From: Octopus sinensis
Taxonomy: Eukaryota
Direction of reading: 5' to 3'
Assembly (NCBI RefSeq): GCF_006345805.1
Contig: NC_043005.1
Coordinates: 108,314,001-108,378,000, forward strand
DNA length: 64,000 nucleotides
Shown: positions 26,456-40,927 of the stretch, piece after piece
How the letters are laid out: the number at the start of each line of letters is the position of its first letter
How positions within the stretch are numbered: position 1 is the stretch's first letter
Position numbers and translations under genes: made by a program
Notes under the pieces: generated by a model
Database searches by the model: none
What the model was told of the DNA's origin: nothing
What the model saw: only the letters and a program-made list of their open reading frames with translations

Positions 26456-27488
26456 AGGTTTGCATCTATTAAATTTCCTCAAAATACATTAGCTGTAGAA
26501 GGCATTTGCCAAAATGCTGTGCTTTTGGATTGAACTTGAATCCACATGGTTGCAAAGGGGTCTTCTTAACCACATGGTCAATCTTGAGAATGATTAATTG
26601 CAGACACGAAATAAAAGAGAAACAAGCCTAAAAATCCAAATTAATAAAAATTAAATACAAACATGCAGCAGGCAGTGAATCTGATCTTTGGTTAGCAGGG
26701 AGACAACTATTGCCATGTTCTAGTATTATTTGACCTTCTCAGTAAAATAAAAATCTTCGGTTATGTTTACCTTGGATATGACACATTAATTTGGTCCTCA
26801 TCTATAAAAACCAACAGCAATTTCACTACTATGCTAGAACCCTCGTACCTCATCTATCTGTGGCATTCATGATTATTAATACATTTTTCTGCTATTCTAG
26901 ATTTTCATGGTTTTTCACTGAGAAAACAGCAACACAAGAAAGATGCTTTGCATTCTTTTGATCTTGATCTAAACTAGCATCTTATCAATATTTATGCATG
27001 TGAGTGTGGATGTGGATGTAAATATATTTGTGCCTTTAAGTAAGCTTCTTCATGTGTCGATTTTTTTTATGTATGTTTACATGTGTGTGTATGTTTGCAT
27101 GAACATGGCTATATATATGTGCATTGGTTGGATGGACATCCACACAGACCATTCATGCTGTATATTATTTGTATGTTTCTCTTATGGATAAAAACATTTT
27201 GTATGTTTGTATGTGTCTATTTGGATAAAAACTCATAAAATTTCTACGCATTTCCTACAATTTCTAGGTTTCATAAAGCTCGTATCTTGGACTGATGAAA
27301 GCCCAAAGAATGGTTTCACCTGAGTGGATTTCTATGAAGAACATGGAGTATTTTGTTGAGCTGGAGAGCATAAGTGTGTGTAGATATAAATATACATACA
27401 TATATACAATATATACACATAACATATACCTACCACATATATATATTATATGTATACAGATATATATATATATTCATTATATATATAT

Positions 27489-27532
<44 letters not shown>

Positions 27533-27728
27533 GGTATAGTATATATATTTATATATATATATATATATACATATGTGTGTATATATATATAAAATTATTA
27601 TAGCATATATGTATATAGTGTATATATATATTATATATATATATATATATATTATATATAATATATATGTAGATATATATAGATTATATATAGATATATG
27701 TATGCATATATGTATATATATATTATAT

Positions 27729-27760
<32 letters not shown>

Positions 27761-27949
27761 TATGCATATATACATGCATACATAGCAGTGTGTATATAAC
27801 TCCTGTTTGAAAATATTGATAGTATATTCGAACAGATAAAATCAATCAATATTCATATAACTAGTTAAACATTATCTGTTTCTTCTCCACAATAAAACAT
27901 GCTTAAAATGATGTTGCCTATTGATAGTGAAGCTGTCATTGTTGTTGTT

Positions 27950-28296
27950 CTTAGTATTGTTGTCATTGCGGCAGTTGTTGTTGTTGTTATTGTTCTTTTT
28001 GCTTTCCCTTTTGGTGTAGTTTTTGTTAATGTTCTTTGTCTTGTTGCTTTTGATATCGTTTCTTCTTCTCTTCTTCTTCTCCTTCTTCTTCTTCTTCTTC
28101 TTTTCTTCTCCTTCTTTTTCTTCTTTTTTCTTCCTCTTCTTCTTCTTCTTCTTCTTCTCCTCCTTCTTCTTTCTTCATTTTCTTCTTTTCTTCATTTTCT
28201 TCTTTTTCTTCTTCTCCTCCTTCTTCTTTCTTCATTTTCTTCTTCATTTTCTTCTTTTTCTTCTTCTTCTTCTTCTTCTTCTTCTTCTTCTTCTTC

Positions 28297-28331
<35 letters not shown>

Positions 28332-28500
28332 TCATCACCTCTTCTTCTTCTCTTCTTCTTCTTCTCCTTCTTCTTCTTCTTCACCACTGCTACCACCAAC
28401 ACCGCTGCCCCACCACTGCTACCCCCACCACTACTACCGCCGTCGCCACCACCTCCACCGCCGCCACCACCCAAAACAACAACAATGAACAAGCACTGTT
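27950..28500. repeat. (TTC)n/(CAT)n/(CAC)n compound microsatellite
   Basis: Direct reading. Confidence 0.95.
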
Positions 28501-28679
28501 ATCACCGTTGCATGTTGTTGTATGAATGCTCTCCAATCCCTCAGATGGTCATTTTGCTGGCTTAAGTTTTGGAAAGTTGTACATGTGTGTGTGTGTGTAC
28601 ATATATGCATGTGTATGTGTATATTTGAGTATATATGTGCATATCTGCATGTGTGTGTATGTGTGTGGATGTAAGCATA

Positions 28680-28985
28680 TATATGTTTTGTTTGTTCCTT
28701 CTCAAGCCATCCCTGGCTCATAAGGGCCAATTTCCCAGTTTCCTTGGCGTATAGGTTCCCCACCTGGACAGGACGCCAGTCCGTCGCAGGTGAGCTGCAA
28801 GATGCAGGAGGAAAGAGTGAGAGAAAGTTGTGGCGAAAGAGTCAACAGAAGTTCGCTATTACCTTCTGCCGGAACCACGTGGAGCTTAGGTGTTTTGCTC
28901 ATAAACACACACATCGCCCGGTCTGAGATTGAACCCACGATCCCTCGACCACGAGTCCACTGCTCTAACCACTAGGCCATGTGCC
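28680..28985 (-). mobile_element. tRNA-derived SINE (family D variant)
   Basis: Minus head GAGGCACATGGCCTAGTGGTTAGAGCAGTGGACTC..GGGTTCAATCTCAGACCGGGCG with A/B-box-like segments. Confidence 0.8.
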
Positions 28986-29511
28986 TCTTGTCTTGTTGCT
29001 TTTGATATCGCTTCTTCTTCTTCTTCTTCTTCTTCTTCTTCTTCTTCTTCTTCTTCTTCTTCTTCTTCTTCTTCTCTTCTTCTTCTCTTCTTCTTCTTTT
29101 TCTATATATAGCAACTGTTTAATTTTAATAAGGTGAGAATTACAACAATGTGGCTTAATGTTTAAATTGATTTGCTAGAATTTGAGGATGGGTGAGTACC
29201 CTTGATTTCTGTGTTCGCCACTGGACTGATCGATATAGTTAATATTTAGACTGAACATCTTCAGGTCAATATCTCCAAGAAACACTTGTGGAGAGAGAGA
29301 GAAAAAAAATTCAATTAAATGGTGTTTTTGGTGGGCACCAGAAGGATTGGTAGAAAATAGATTTAGTTCATTACGGAGATATACTCGCATAGCAAGTGAC
29401 TTGATCTGAGATCGTGTGCTGGAATGAAAACAATTGCAGCGTGGAAGGTGTTTATAAGCCATTTAAGAAACACACAAAAACCGTTTGATTCACTTCAACA
29501 TTTAAATTTAA

Positions 29512-29562
29512 TTTGTCAAAATATTTTCGTCCTTTTCGGATCGCGACCTGTTCACTGACAAA
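29512..29562 (-). ncRNA. Type I hammerhead motif, G3-C8 core variant
   Basis: Minus strand TTTGTCA GTGAACA G GTC..GAC GAAA ATAT T T TGACAAA: 7-bp stem I, palindromic AATATT stem III, NUH triplet. Confidence 0.7.
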
Positions 29563-29689
29563 ACTTTAGTTCAGTATTTTGCAGATGAATGACGTCAGGA
29601 GTAAAGAGTGTGTGAAAGATGAGTTTATCTGTTGGATGCATTAACTAAGAGAAGTAGGGCTTGATGCTGACTGATTGGGATGATGGATG

Positions 29690-30059
29690 GAAGCACTCCG
29701 TCGGTTACGACGACGAGGGTTCCAGCTGATCCGATCAACGGTACAGCCTGCTCATGAAATTAACGTGTAAGTGGCTGAGCACTCCACAGACACGTGTACC
29801 CTTAACGTAGTTCTCAGCGTGACACAGAGAGTGACAAGGCCGGCCCTTTGAAATACGGGTACAACAGAAACAGGAAGTAAGAGTGAGAGAAAGTTGTGGT
29901 GAAAGAGTACAGCAGGGATCACCACCATCCCTGTAGGAGCTTCGTGGAGCTTTAGGTGTTTTCGCTCAATAAACACTCACAACGCCCGGTCTGGGAATCG
30001 AAACCGCGATCCCACGACCGCTAGTTCGCTGCCCTAACCACTGGGCCATTGCACCTCCA
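29690..30059 (-). mobile_element. tRNA-derived SINE family D
   Basis: Head GTGGAGGTGCAATGGCCCAGTGGTTAGGGCAGCG..GGTTTCGATTCCCAGACCGGGCG; 5' part shared with 58655-58954. Confidence 0.88.
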
Positions 30060-30301
30060 CGATTGGGATGAGTTATCAAAACACACACATGCCAACCTCT
30101 GAGCCACAAATACCGGGTGTTCCTTCAAAATTGACATCATTTCAAGTGTGAATATCTGCGTAGCAACACGTCCTATGCATACTAAATTGTATAGGCTTCA
30201 TGTTGAATATTAAAAGATTTATTTATCAAAGTTTGAACAAGAGATTCAAAGGGATGTAGATTTTATAACCGATTTTACAAAGCTTCACAAACGTTCACTA
30301 T

Positions 30302-30540
30302 AGGCATAGGCGTGGCTGTGTGGTAAGTAGCTTGCTTACGAACCACATGGTTCCAGGTTCAGTCCCACTGCATGGCACGTTGGGCAAGTGTCTTCTACTA
30401 TAGCCTCGAGCCGAGCAAAGCCTTGGGAGTGGATTTGGTAGACGGAAACTGAAAGAAGCCCGACATATGTATGTATGTATATGTGTGTGTGTATATGTTT
30501 GTGTCAGTGTTTGTCACCCCAACATCAGTTGACAACCGAT
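30302..30540 (+). mobile_element. SINE family A, 5' two-thirds
   Basis: Matches family consensus. Confidence 0.88.
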
Positions 30541-31224
30541 AGGAGGGGAGGGGGAGGAGGAGGGGAGGGGGAGGAGGAGGTGGTGGTTGTTGTGGTGGTG
30601 GTGTGGTGGAGGAGGCGGAGGAGGAGGAGTTATAAAAAGAAGAAGAGAGATAGAATGTTGAAAGAGATTTGGCAACAAGTGACTAAACGATTACACTGCA
30701 GTTTGCACTTTCGTTGTGTTGCTGTGGTGATTATTGCTGTTGTTGTTGTTGGTGGTGGTGGTGGTGGTGGTTGTGGTAGTGATTGTGTTATTGTTGTTGC
30801 TGTTGTTGCTGTTGTCGAAGTGTTTCTGTTGACGTTGTTAATACTGATGCTGCCGTCTTGTCTGGTTGTTATCGAACTGAGGTTTTTAACCTTCATTTTT
30901 GATCATTTCGCTGCCGTTGTCACTATTGTTCTTGCTGCTGTTCTCCTTTTCTGTTGTAGATGGCAGTGGTGACGTTGGTGGTGGTGGTGGTGGTGGTGGT
31001 GGCCTTATTAGTGTTATACTTGTTGCAGTTATTGCTGTTGACATTGATATTCTACCTCAACCATACTGCCCACCATCACTGCTACTACCACTACTACTAC
31101 TACCACTACAACAATCAACTATAACACAACAAGTCAAAAGCAAATCTTTAGATATTCACCTGACATGCCAGATGTAGTAACTGAATCTCCCTCATCTTAA
31201 AAAAATGCAAGTATAACCTTAGTA

Positions 31225-31810
31225 ATCATCATCATCATCATCTTTAAACATCCATCTTCCATGCTGGCATTGGTTGGACGGTTTGACTGAGGTCCGGAGA
31301 GCCAGTGGCTGCACCAGGCCCCAATCTTGATCTGGAAATGTTTCTACAGCTGGATGACTTTCCTAACGCCAACCACTCTGAGAGTGTAGTGGGTGCTTTT
31401 TACATGCCATCAGCACAGGAGCCAGTCAGGTGACCCTGTCATTGATTGGATAGTGCTTTTCACATGCTACCAGCACTGGAACCAGTACTAGCATCGGCCA
31501 TGTGCATTTGGTGCTTTTTACGTGCCACTGGTATGAGAGCCAGTCAGGGGTTGCTGACATCAGCCATGTTTCGATGGTGCTTTTTACATGCCAACAGTAT
31601 GGGAGCTAGTCAGGTGGACCTGGCATTGACCACGTTTGGATGGTGCCTTTACGTGCCACCAGCATGGGAACCAGTCAGGTGGACCTGGCATTGACCACGT
31701 TTGGATGGTGCTTTTTACGTGCCACCAGCACAGGAGCCAGTCAGGGGGCACTGGCCACACCTACAATATTGGTTTTACTTGACTCAACAGGTCTTCTCAA
31801 GCATATCATA
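31225..31810 (-). mobile_element. RTE 3' UTR copy with minisatellite-like internal repeats
   Basis: Tail plus repeated GGATGGTGCTTTTTACGTGCCACCAGCA..AGCCAGTCAGG units. Confidence 0.8.
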
Positions 31811-32011
31811 TCACAAGATGTATCAGGGGTACTCTTAACTGAGCCAGACATGCATGGTTGCAATATATATATATATAGAGAGATATATATATATATAATA
31901 TATAACTTGTAAGTAAGGCTAAAGAAAATAAGTTGTTTATAATTTTAGCCGTAATGGAATTTTTTTTGAAGAGAGAAAAAAAAACTCATCCTATATTAGT
32001 ATATATTTATA

Positions 32012-32044
<33 letters not shown>

Positions 32045-32739
32045 CAATATAATATACAATATATATATATATATATAATATGTGAAGGTGCATGGCTCAG
32101 CAGCTAGAGCGTTGAACTCACAATCACAGCTGTAGAAATGAGCTATGACGTCACTGGTGCCAAGCTGTATCAGCCTTTGCCATTCCCTTGGATAACATTG
32201 GTGGCATGGTGACTACTGGTCTTCTATAAACAACCTTGCCTGGACTTGTGCCTCCGAAGGGAACTTTCTAGGTGCAATACCATGGTCATGCAAGACCAAA
32301 AGGGATCTTTACTCTTTTAAGTCCTACATACATAATTCCCAGGTAAACATTGTAGCCAAAAACTGGGATGCTTTAGATCAGGGGTCTCTTGATCAGAGTC
32401 AACTTAGGGCAAAATAACAATCTCACAACTACCAACAAACAGTTGAAGGAACTACTATGTGGTTGTGCACTCCGTTAGAAATAGCAGTGAAATACCCCCA
32501 TTTCACATGTTACTGCTTTAAATTAAAGGTGAACCACATTGGATAGCATATTTAGTCCTAAGATATGTTGTTAAAAAAAATTGGGATGGTCATGGATGGA
32601 ATAGATATGATTGTGGCTCAGCTTAATCAAAACAGGCTTAGAGTTGAATAATAGCTTTACTATTACAATCACATCTACTATCACTTCCAGTACTATAACC
32701 ATCATTATTATTATACATACCTACAACCATTGCTACCAC

Positions 32740-32770
32740 CAGCATATTGTGACGACTACTACTGCTACTG

Positions 32771-32812
<42 letters not shown>

Positions 32813-33749
32813 ATACTCTATTGCTGCTGCTGCTGCTACTACTACTACTACTACTACTACCCTCACCACCACTACGACTACAACCAGCACTACAAATACA
32901 TCATCAGCACCAACACCACCATTGCCACTATCATTACCCCCACCCCCACCACTACCACCAACACCACCACCACCTCTATCACCACTCATACAATACCTCT
33001 GTCAATTACACCCACCGCCCCACAATCGCCATCTTCACCACCTCCACTACCATAAGCACCCCACCCTCAACCATTCTCTTATGGTTGGTCGCTGCCCACA
33101 TCCACCACCATTCACCATTCACAACGCCACCCGCCCATTCCACTGCAGTCACCACACCATAGTGGTATTGCCGGTTGATGCTGGCTTCAGACTCTAGAAC
33201 AATCCATTTCCATGATATGTAGAAGACAGAGAGAAATGGTAAAAGTCTTTGATTCCACAAGGTAGCAATTATATGTAGTAAATGTGATGGAAGTCAGCAG
33301 AGTGTGACTGAAAATTATGGTGACTAAGTGCAATGTCCAGCAAACACCAACGAGGTCTAGCACTACCACATCACCACACTACCAAACACCGCCATCACAC
33401 CACCACTATGCTACTGTTACCACCACCACCTCTGGTGTTACCGCTCCCACCACCACTACAACCACTCTAACGGTCGCAGCTTAACAACACCACCACTACT
33501 TCGAACTGTGTCCTCCACACCTCCAATACGTTATCACTGATACCACTAACTACTACTACTACTACTAGTGATGTGAACCATCTACTTCCACCTCCACCAC
33601 GACTAGCAGCATTGTTTACTACTACTACTACTACTTCTACTACTTCTACTACTTCTACTACTACTACTACTACTACTACTACTATACTACTACTAGTGAT
33701 GTGAACCATCGACTTCCACCTCCACCACGACTAGCAGCATTGTTTACTA

Positions 33750-33796
<47 letters not shown>

Positions 33797-34080
33797 TACT
33801 ACTACTACTACCACTACTACCATTACCACCACTAGCTATGTTCCTTACTAACACCACCACCACCACCTTTACAAGCACGGTACTAACCAATTACTGCTAG
33901 AATAACACAATTTTTGTCCCAACTAGTGCCACTAGGACACTACTACCAACATATACCACCACCATTTCCTACCTCTACTCCTCACACCACTACTTACACG
34001 ACTGCTACCACTACCATACAACTATAGAACTACCACTACCTTCTGTTATATGTTATAACTATTACCAACACAAAGTACAT
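32740..34080. repeat. (TAC)n/(CAC)n low-complexity field with an internal ~130-bp duplication
   Basis: CTAGTGATGTGAACCATC..CTAGCAGCATTGTTTACTAC occurs at about 33563 and 33693. Confidence 0.9.
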
Positions 34081-34135
34081 CAATTCATTCACCATTATTA
34101 TCATCACATTGTTAGTAGCTATAACCCCATCACCA

Positions 34136-34186
<51 letters not shown>

Positions 34187-34214
34187 GGAGGGAGAGAGAG
34201 AAAGAGATACAGAT

Positions 34215-34435
34215 GTAGGCATTGGTGTGTGGTAAGAAGCCAGCTTCCCAGCCACATGGTTCTGGGTTCAGTCCCACTACATGGCACCTTGGGCAAGTGT
34301 CTTCTACTATAGCCTCGGGTCGACCAAAGCCTCATGAGTGGATATGGTAGATGGGAACTGAAGGAAGCCCGGCATATATATATATACATACATACATATA
34401 TATATATACATACATATATACATATACATACATAT

Positions 34436-34481
<46 letters not shown>

Positions 34482-34692
34482 TGTGTTTGTGTCTGTGTTT
34501 GTCCCCGCAACCATTGCTTGTCAACCAAATGTTGGTGTGTTCATGTCCCCGTAACTTAGCAGTTTGGTAACGAGATCGATAAAATAAGTGTTAGGCTTAC
34601 AGAGGATAAGTCTGGGGTCGATTTGTTTGACTAAAAGCCCTTGAAGTGGTGCTCCATCATGGCTGCAATCAAATGACTGAAACAAGTAAAAG
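34215..34692 (+). mobile_element. SINE family A
   Basis: Matches family consensus, with an expanded internal (TA)n. Confidence 0.88.
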
Positions 34693-34711
34693 AATATATA
34701 TGTATATGTAC

Positions 34712-34747
<36 letters not shown>

Positions 34748-34749
<2 letters not shown>

Positions 34750-35400
34750 TGGGTCATTCCATAAATAATGTGGGTTTTTTTCAATTGCATGAACTAAAAA
34801 TCAGAGGGGTACAGCATCAACTTGCTATAAAAGCCGGTAGTAATTTATACCTTATTCTTAGTGCAAATTTTGAAGAGTGCAGTTCAGTTTTAACAGTTAT
34901 TTTTTGAAAGTCATAATGGAAGTGACAAAGGAACGTATTCAGCATATTTTGCTTTATGAGTTCAATCAAAGCAACAAAGCAACAGCAAGTGTGACAAATA
35001 TTAATGTAGTATATTGGAATCGAGAAATAAGTGTAAGCCAGTGTCAATGGTGGTTACAGAAATTCCAAGCTGGAAACTATAGCTTAGAAGATGAGCCTCA
35101 TCTTGGAAGATCTGTAGAGCTTGATAAGGACGTCCTGCAAAACACGGTGGAACAAAATCCCATCATAACTGTTGAGGAACTAGCAGAGAAGCTTGGATTT
35201 GGTCATTCAACCATTCATCGACAGCTGCATGCCATTGGAAAAGTCAGCAAATTGGGTCAATGAGTTCCTCAAAGTCTTTCTGAATTTAATCAAGCACAGA
35301 GAGTGAATGTGTGCTCTTTTTTACTGTCACGTTTCACAAATGAACCTTTTTTTGGAGTGAATAGTGACTGGTGACGAGAAACGGGTCCTTTATAAAAATG
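34748..35400 (+). mobile_element. Mariner transposon fossil, 5' half
   Basis: From ATG 34916: MEVTKERIQHILLYEF..WLQKFQAGNYSLEDEPHLGRS..LAEKLGFGHSTIHRQLHAIGKVSKLGQ*VPQSL..VTGDEK (HTH region, degraded WVPHEL, first catalytic D). Contains a stop and a frameshift. Confidence 0.92.
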
Positions 35401-36158
35401 CATGAAGTTCAGGATGGCTACCGGAAACTGGGCAGCTATTGATCAAGGAAGATCCCATGGTGTTATTAAAAGAGAGATAAATATTCCAGTGACACTAAAT
35501 GCCTTAAAAAGGAGAATTTCTTGGACTGCATAACTGGACAAGAAGCTAGTGGTGTCTTGCCATTTGGCTGGCCTTTGAAGGGACTTACAGGATATCAGAT
35601 ACATGGCTGGTAAAGGTGTGTGTGTGTGTACTAGATGTGGCTGTCTGATTCCTATATGTGTGTGTCTGTTGTGCATGTGTGTGGGGAGTGCATGTGTGTA
35701 TAAGGTGCATGAATGTGTAAAATGGCATGTAGGTGAGAGGTGATGGCATCAGCTCATTGGTACATATTAGTAATATTATTATTAAACCCCAGATAATCCA
35801 TGAGTAAGCAAACTTATGATAAAATAGCATTCCAGCCATGACTGTCCTGTCTTTTCTTTAAGTATAGTATAACCAGATTCATATAATGTAATTTTTCTTT
35901 CCTTTTAAAATATTTTGGCATGTTTGGAGGAAGATGTGACTGCATCATTGGTCAGATTTGATCAGTCATTCTAAAATATTTTTATAGTACAATAACTAAT
36001 TCTACCTGTCTAATATACGCTAAGCTCTCACCTGACTCACAGCCACCTCCATCTAATCCACTCCTTTTTTCAGCTTAGAGGTTTTTGATGTGCAAACTAC
36101 TTGATATCTCCACTGGTGCCACATAAAAAGAACCTGTGCTTGTGCCACATAAGAAGCA

Positions 36159-36159
<1 letters not shown>

Positions 36160-36190
<31 letters not shown>

Positions 36191-36620
36191 GCAGCAGCAA
36201 GCAGCAGCAGCAGCATCGTTTAACGTCTGCTTTCCATGCTGGCATGGGTTGGACGATTTGACTGAGGACTGGCGAACTAGATGGCTGCACCAGGCTCCAA
36301 TCTAGATTTGGCAGAGTTTCTACAGCTGGATGCCCTTTCTAATGTCAACCACTCCGAGAGTGTAGTGGGTGCTTTTACGTGCCACCGGTATGAGGGCCAG
36401 TCTGGCGGCACTGGTATGGCCATGCTCAAATGGTGCGTTTTATGTGTCACCTGCACAGGAGCCAATCTAGTGGCACAGGCAACGACCTCGCTTAAATGTT
36501 TTTTCATGTGCCACCAGCACAAGTGCCAGTAAGGCGACGCAAGTAATGATCACACTTGAATAGTGCTTTTTACGTGCCACTGGCATGGAGGCCAGTTTGT
36601 TGCTGGCAACAATCACATAA
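36160..36620 (-). mobile_element. RTE 3' UTR copy
   Basis: (CAT)n(CAG)n tail, CGTTTAACGTCTGCTTTCCATGCTGGCATGGG, internal GTGCCACC repeats. Confidence 0.8.
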
Positions 36621-37244
36621 TGCCTTTAATAGATTGGTTGGTGATATTAAAGGCATCCAGCCGTAGAAACCATACCAAAACAGGCAAATCATGGCTGTTG
36701 TAGCTCTCTGGCTTTCCAACGCCTGTCAAACCATCCAACACATGCGAACATGGAATGGTTTTTGTCAGCATGGAATGGTGTCTGCAGCTTGCATAACTCC
36801 GCAAGTTACCTACAATTCCAGATTTGATCTAATCATGTCATATCAGTTTCTAACATCAGCACAAGGTCTAAAATTTGGGAGGCAAAGAATGTCAGTAATA
36901 CTGATTAGATCTCAATGGGATTTGAACTCAGAAGATGAAGGACCACAACTAAATATCACAGAGCATTTTCTCAAATGCTCTAATGCTTCTGCCACTTCCA
37001 TACCAGAATCAATCTATGAAAACCTGGTAGAGTCATGGGTACTGGCTTTAAATGTATCTAATTAATAAAAAGGCTTTACTAACATTTGAAGCTTATTCTT
37101 TCAGCATAGGTTCCAATCAACTGCTGAGGAGTCTCTGCCCTGGTGGTGTTTATAGGGTCCCACTTCTGCACAGCTAAAAAAGTCACATTCTCTACATCAA
37201 TATATTTTATAGCTTTTAAGGCAGTGAGCTGGCAGAATTGTCCG

Positions 37245-37375
37245 GGTTCAGTCCTACTGTGGGGTACCTCGGACAAGTGTCTTCTACTATAGCCTCGGTC
37301 CACCAAAGCCTTGTGAGTGGATTTGGTAGACAGAAAATGAAAGAAGCCTGAAGTATATATGTATGTATATATATA

Positions 37376-37406
<31 letters not shown>

Positions 37407-37600
37407 ATATATGTATGTATGTGTGTGTATATGTTTGTGTGTCTGTGTTTGTCCCCCAGCATCGCTTGACAACTGATACTGGTGTGTTTACGTCCCCGTA
37501 ACTTAGCGGTTACAAAGAATAAGTCCTGGGGTCAATTTGTTCAACTAAAGGCAGTGCTCCAGCAAAGCCACAGTCAAATGACTTAAAAGAGTAAAAAAGT
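37245..37600 (+). mobile_element. SINE family A (with a family B-like head fragment upstream)
   Basis: Matches family consensus from GGGTTCAGTCC onward. Confidence 0.85.
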
Positions 37601-38285
37601 ATGCTGGGTGAACTGCTTAGTGGCATTTGATACATCCTTACATTCTAAGTTCAAATTTCACAGAAGTCAACTTAGTTTTTCGTCATTTCAGGGCTGATAA
37701 ATCAAGTACCAGTTGAGCACTGGGGAAAATCTAATCAACTTACCCCCTCCCCCAAAATAGTGTCCTTGTATGAAGATGTGAAATCAATATATTTTATAGC
37801 ATCTAAGAAATATCACAACTCATAAAGATCTTAGAATATCCTGACAGATGTTGTCTAAGCTGTGGTCTGTCCGCATATTTCTGAATTGCACACAAGAATG
37901 TTTTATTTTGTCAGGTATATCTTTTGTTCAGTTCGCCATTTTGGTCGAATTGAAGTTTCTATAAGGCACTAAACCTAACTGCACATAGTCACCATTTGAG
38001 CTGCTGAAAATAACAGCCAATTATCATTGAAACCATGTTTAAGTGTTTTATAAATGCATGGATATATTGAATAACACAGTGCAAAATTCTCTATGAATGG
38101 AATCAATGAATATAGACAATTATAGCTGGAACGTCAAATCATAGATCGGCTCAATAGTAAATCAGATTCTTTAGAATCTCACACTTCTATGCTGCGCTGC
38201 ATACAATACCTCACTGCATGTCAAAGTGTATAGCGTGGTGTCCAGCAAAGCAGAGGCAGCATATATATAAATATTACTGTTCCAC

Positions 38286-38299
38286 CCACCAGGGGGAGC
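38286..38299 (+). promoter_or_regulatory. CTCF-like motif
   Basis: CCACCAGGGGGAGC in unique sequence; single motif match only. Confidence 0.3.
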
Positions 38300-39122
38300 C
38301 AGTGTTGTTGCAATTTCTACCAGTAATTCGCTGTCATAATAAATTCACTTTTCTTTAACCTTTCTCAACTTTCAAAATTTGTTCTCCTATGATTTCAAAA
38401 AAAGTCTTTGTTCTCGTCACTCAAACTGTTATTGCAGCTATTTGATATCCTTGTAACTGTTGTTGTTGTTGCTGCTGTTTCTATGAGTGTTGTTGTTGCT
38501 GTTCCTGTTAATGATATTGTTGTTGTTGTTGTTGTAGTTATATGTTCTGATTTTAACTCTTTCGCAACCCTCTCATCTCAGATGATAATTTCTATCCAAT
38601 TTTTTTTTCCCACTCTCGTCTTAAATAAGAGCTTCTTTTAACAACTAACTCAATTACTCTCCATTGAAGAGCAGAATGGAACAACTTTGGTCAAGTCTAT
38701 TAGATAAATACAACTGCCAGAAATGAAATAAACGGTTGGTAAAAGAAGGAAAAAAGAAAGAAAGAAAAAAACTACGAGGTACAAAGAACGAATACACAAG
38801 AATTCGAAGAGTAAAGCAATACACGGAATACAAAGAAGAAAAAATATATTACATAAAAATTTGTAGAAAATACAAGTGAAAGAAATCACAGAGATAAAAT
38901 AACAGCAGAGAATTCTCAAAAAAGAAAAAAGCATAAACAATATAAATAATGTAAAAAAAAAACAGTGAAAATATATTTATAAATGTACAAATAAAATGGA
39001 ATACAAAAATTGCTGAACAGAATACATATGCATACATACACGCATGTGGAACATATATATATTATGTATGTATGTATGTATATTATATGTATATATATGT
39101 TATATATGTATATGTTTATACA

Positions 39123-39168
<46 letters not shown>

Positions 39169-39214
39169 TTATTTACATATATTTAATATATGTATGTATC
39201 TTATGTATATATAG

Positions 39215-39248
<34 letters not shown>

Positions 39249-39416
39249 TATTATATATATATATATATATATGCATGTATGTATATATGTATGTATATAT
39301 ATGTTTATATGTATATTTATACATATACACAGGCATATTTATTTACATATATGTATGTATACATAGGTATGTGTATGTATAATAAGAATTATATGGATAT
39401 TTACATGTGTATCTAT

Positions 39417-39450
<34 letters not shown>

Positions 39451-40131
39451 AGACTCATACACAGATATATGCAGGTGGCAGCATTGGTTATTGTGGGGAT
39501 GTGGTGGTACTAATGCCAGTAGTTGTTGAAATGGTTCTTATGGTGATGGCAGCACCATTAGCAGCGGTATTTTTGATATGAAGGTGGGTGCTATGATGAG
39601 AATGTCAAAGAGAGGCAAATGTGATGATGGTGGCAACATTGATGTTGGTGGGTAGGCACAAATAATAGCGAAATGAGGTGGGATCATGGTTGTTGGGGTG
39701 TCTGAGATATTTGAGTATGAAGAGAAAGGGGTTGGCATTTGTCTTTGTAGCAAATGTCTGTCAGAGATATTCCATCGCAGGTCTATAGTGATTGGCATCT
39801 TGGAAATTGGCCAGGCAAATATTTAGCTCCTTAATAGCATGAAGGATTTTTCAACTATTGTGTGTGTGTGTGTGTATAAATAAACATACATATATATGTA
39901 TACATATATATGTATATATATGCATATATATGTATATATGTATATATATATATTGTATATATGTATATATATGTATATGTATATATGTACATATGTATAT
40001 ATGTACATATGTATATATGCATATATATGTATATATGTATATCTGTATATGTATGTATATTTGTATATATATGTATGGAAAACGGACGTTAAACGATGAT
40101 GATGATGAGGAGTATATATATATGTATATAA

Positions 40132-40180
<49 letters not shown>

Positions 40181-40891
40181 ACATATATCTTATATTTACA
40201 TTATATATATATATATATATATATACAAACACACATATACATAATAGTGTGTGTGTATAAAACATGAATTAAAGATGTCCATATTAGTTCATTGATTTCT
40301 TTTTTTCATTTTTCTGTCCTTTTACAACAATTATATTAGTTTGTGCATTGTTGTTGCAGTTATTGGTATTGTTGTTAATGTTGTTGTACATGCTGCATTT
40401 TCTTTTGTATTCGCTGTAAAATAATTTGATGAGATTTCATTGCTTCTACTCATAAACACACCCACACATGAATAAACATACATACATACACATGTATGTA
40501 TGTATGCGTGTATGTGTGCATATATGTATGTATGCATACATGTATTGATGGATGGATGGATAGATGTGTGTGTGTGTGTGTGTGTGTGCAGTTAATTAAA
40601 ATGAGACATCTTGAAGACACTAATTTACCAACTTTGTAAATATTTTCTTTATATTTCTGTTCCCCCGATTTGCTATTTCTCATTATCTTTTTTATTGTTT
40701 TGTTTAATGGTTGTTGTTGTTGTTGAAGTTGTTGTCATTGTAGGGAACAATTCAAAATTTTTCTTTAGTTTTTTAATTTTTTAAACTTACTTTTAACTCT
40801 GTAGTATTGTAATTCTTTGTTTTTTTATCTAAATTTCTATATATAAATTTTTTCATTGAAGTGCTTATATGTCTCTCTCTTTTTCTCCCTT

Positions 40892-40927
<36 letters not shown>

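Noticed and set aside
29985-30059. tRNA-like sequences at SINE heads (also about 28915-28985, 58880-58954)
   Set aside because: They continue into SINE bodies and lack a proper acceptor stem; not tRNA genes.
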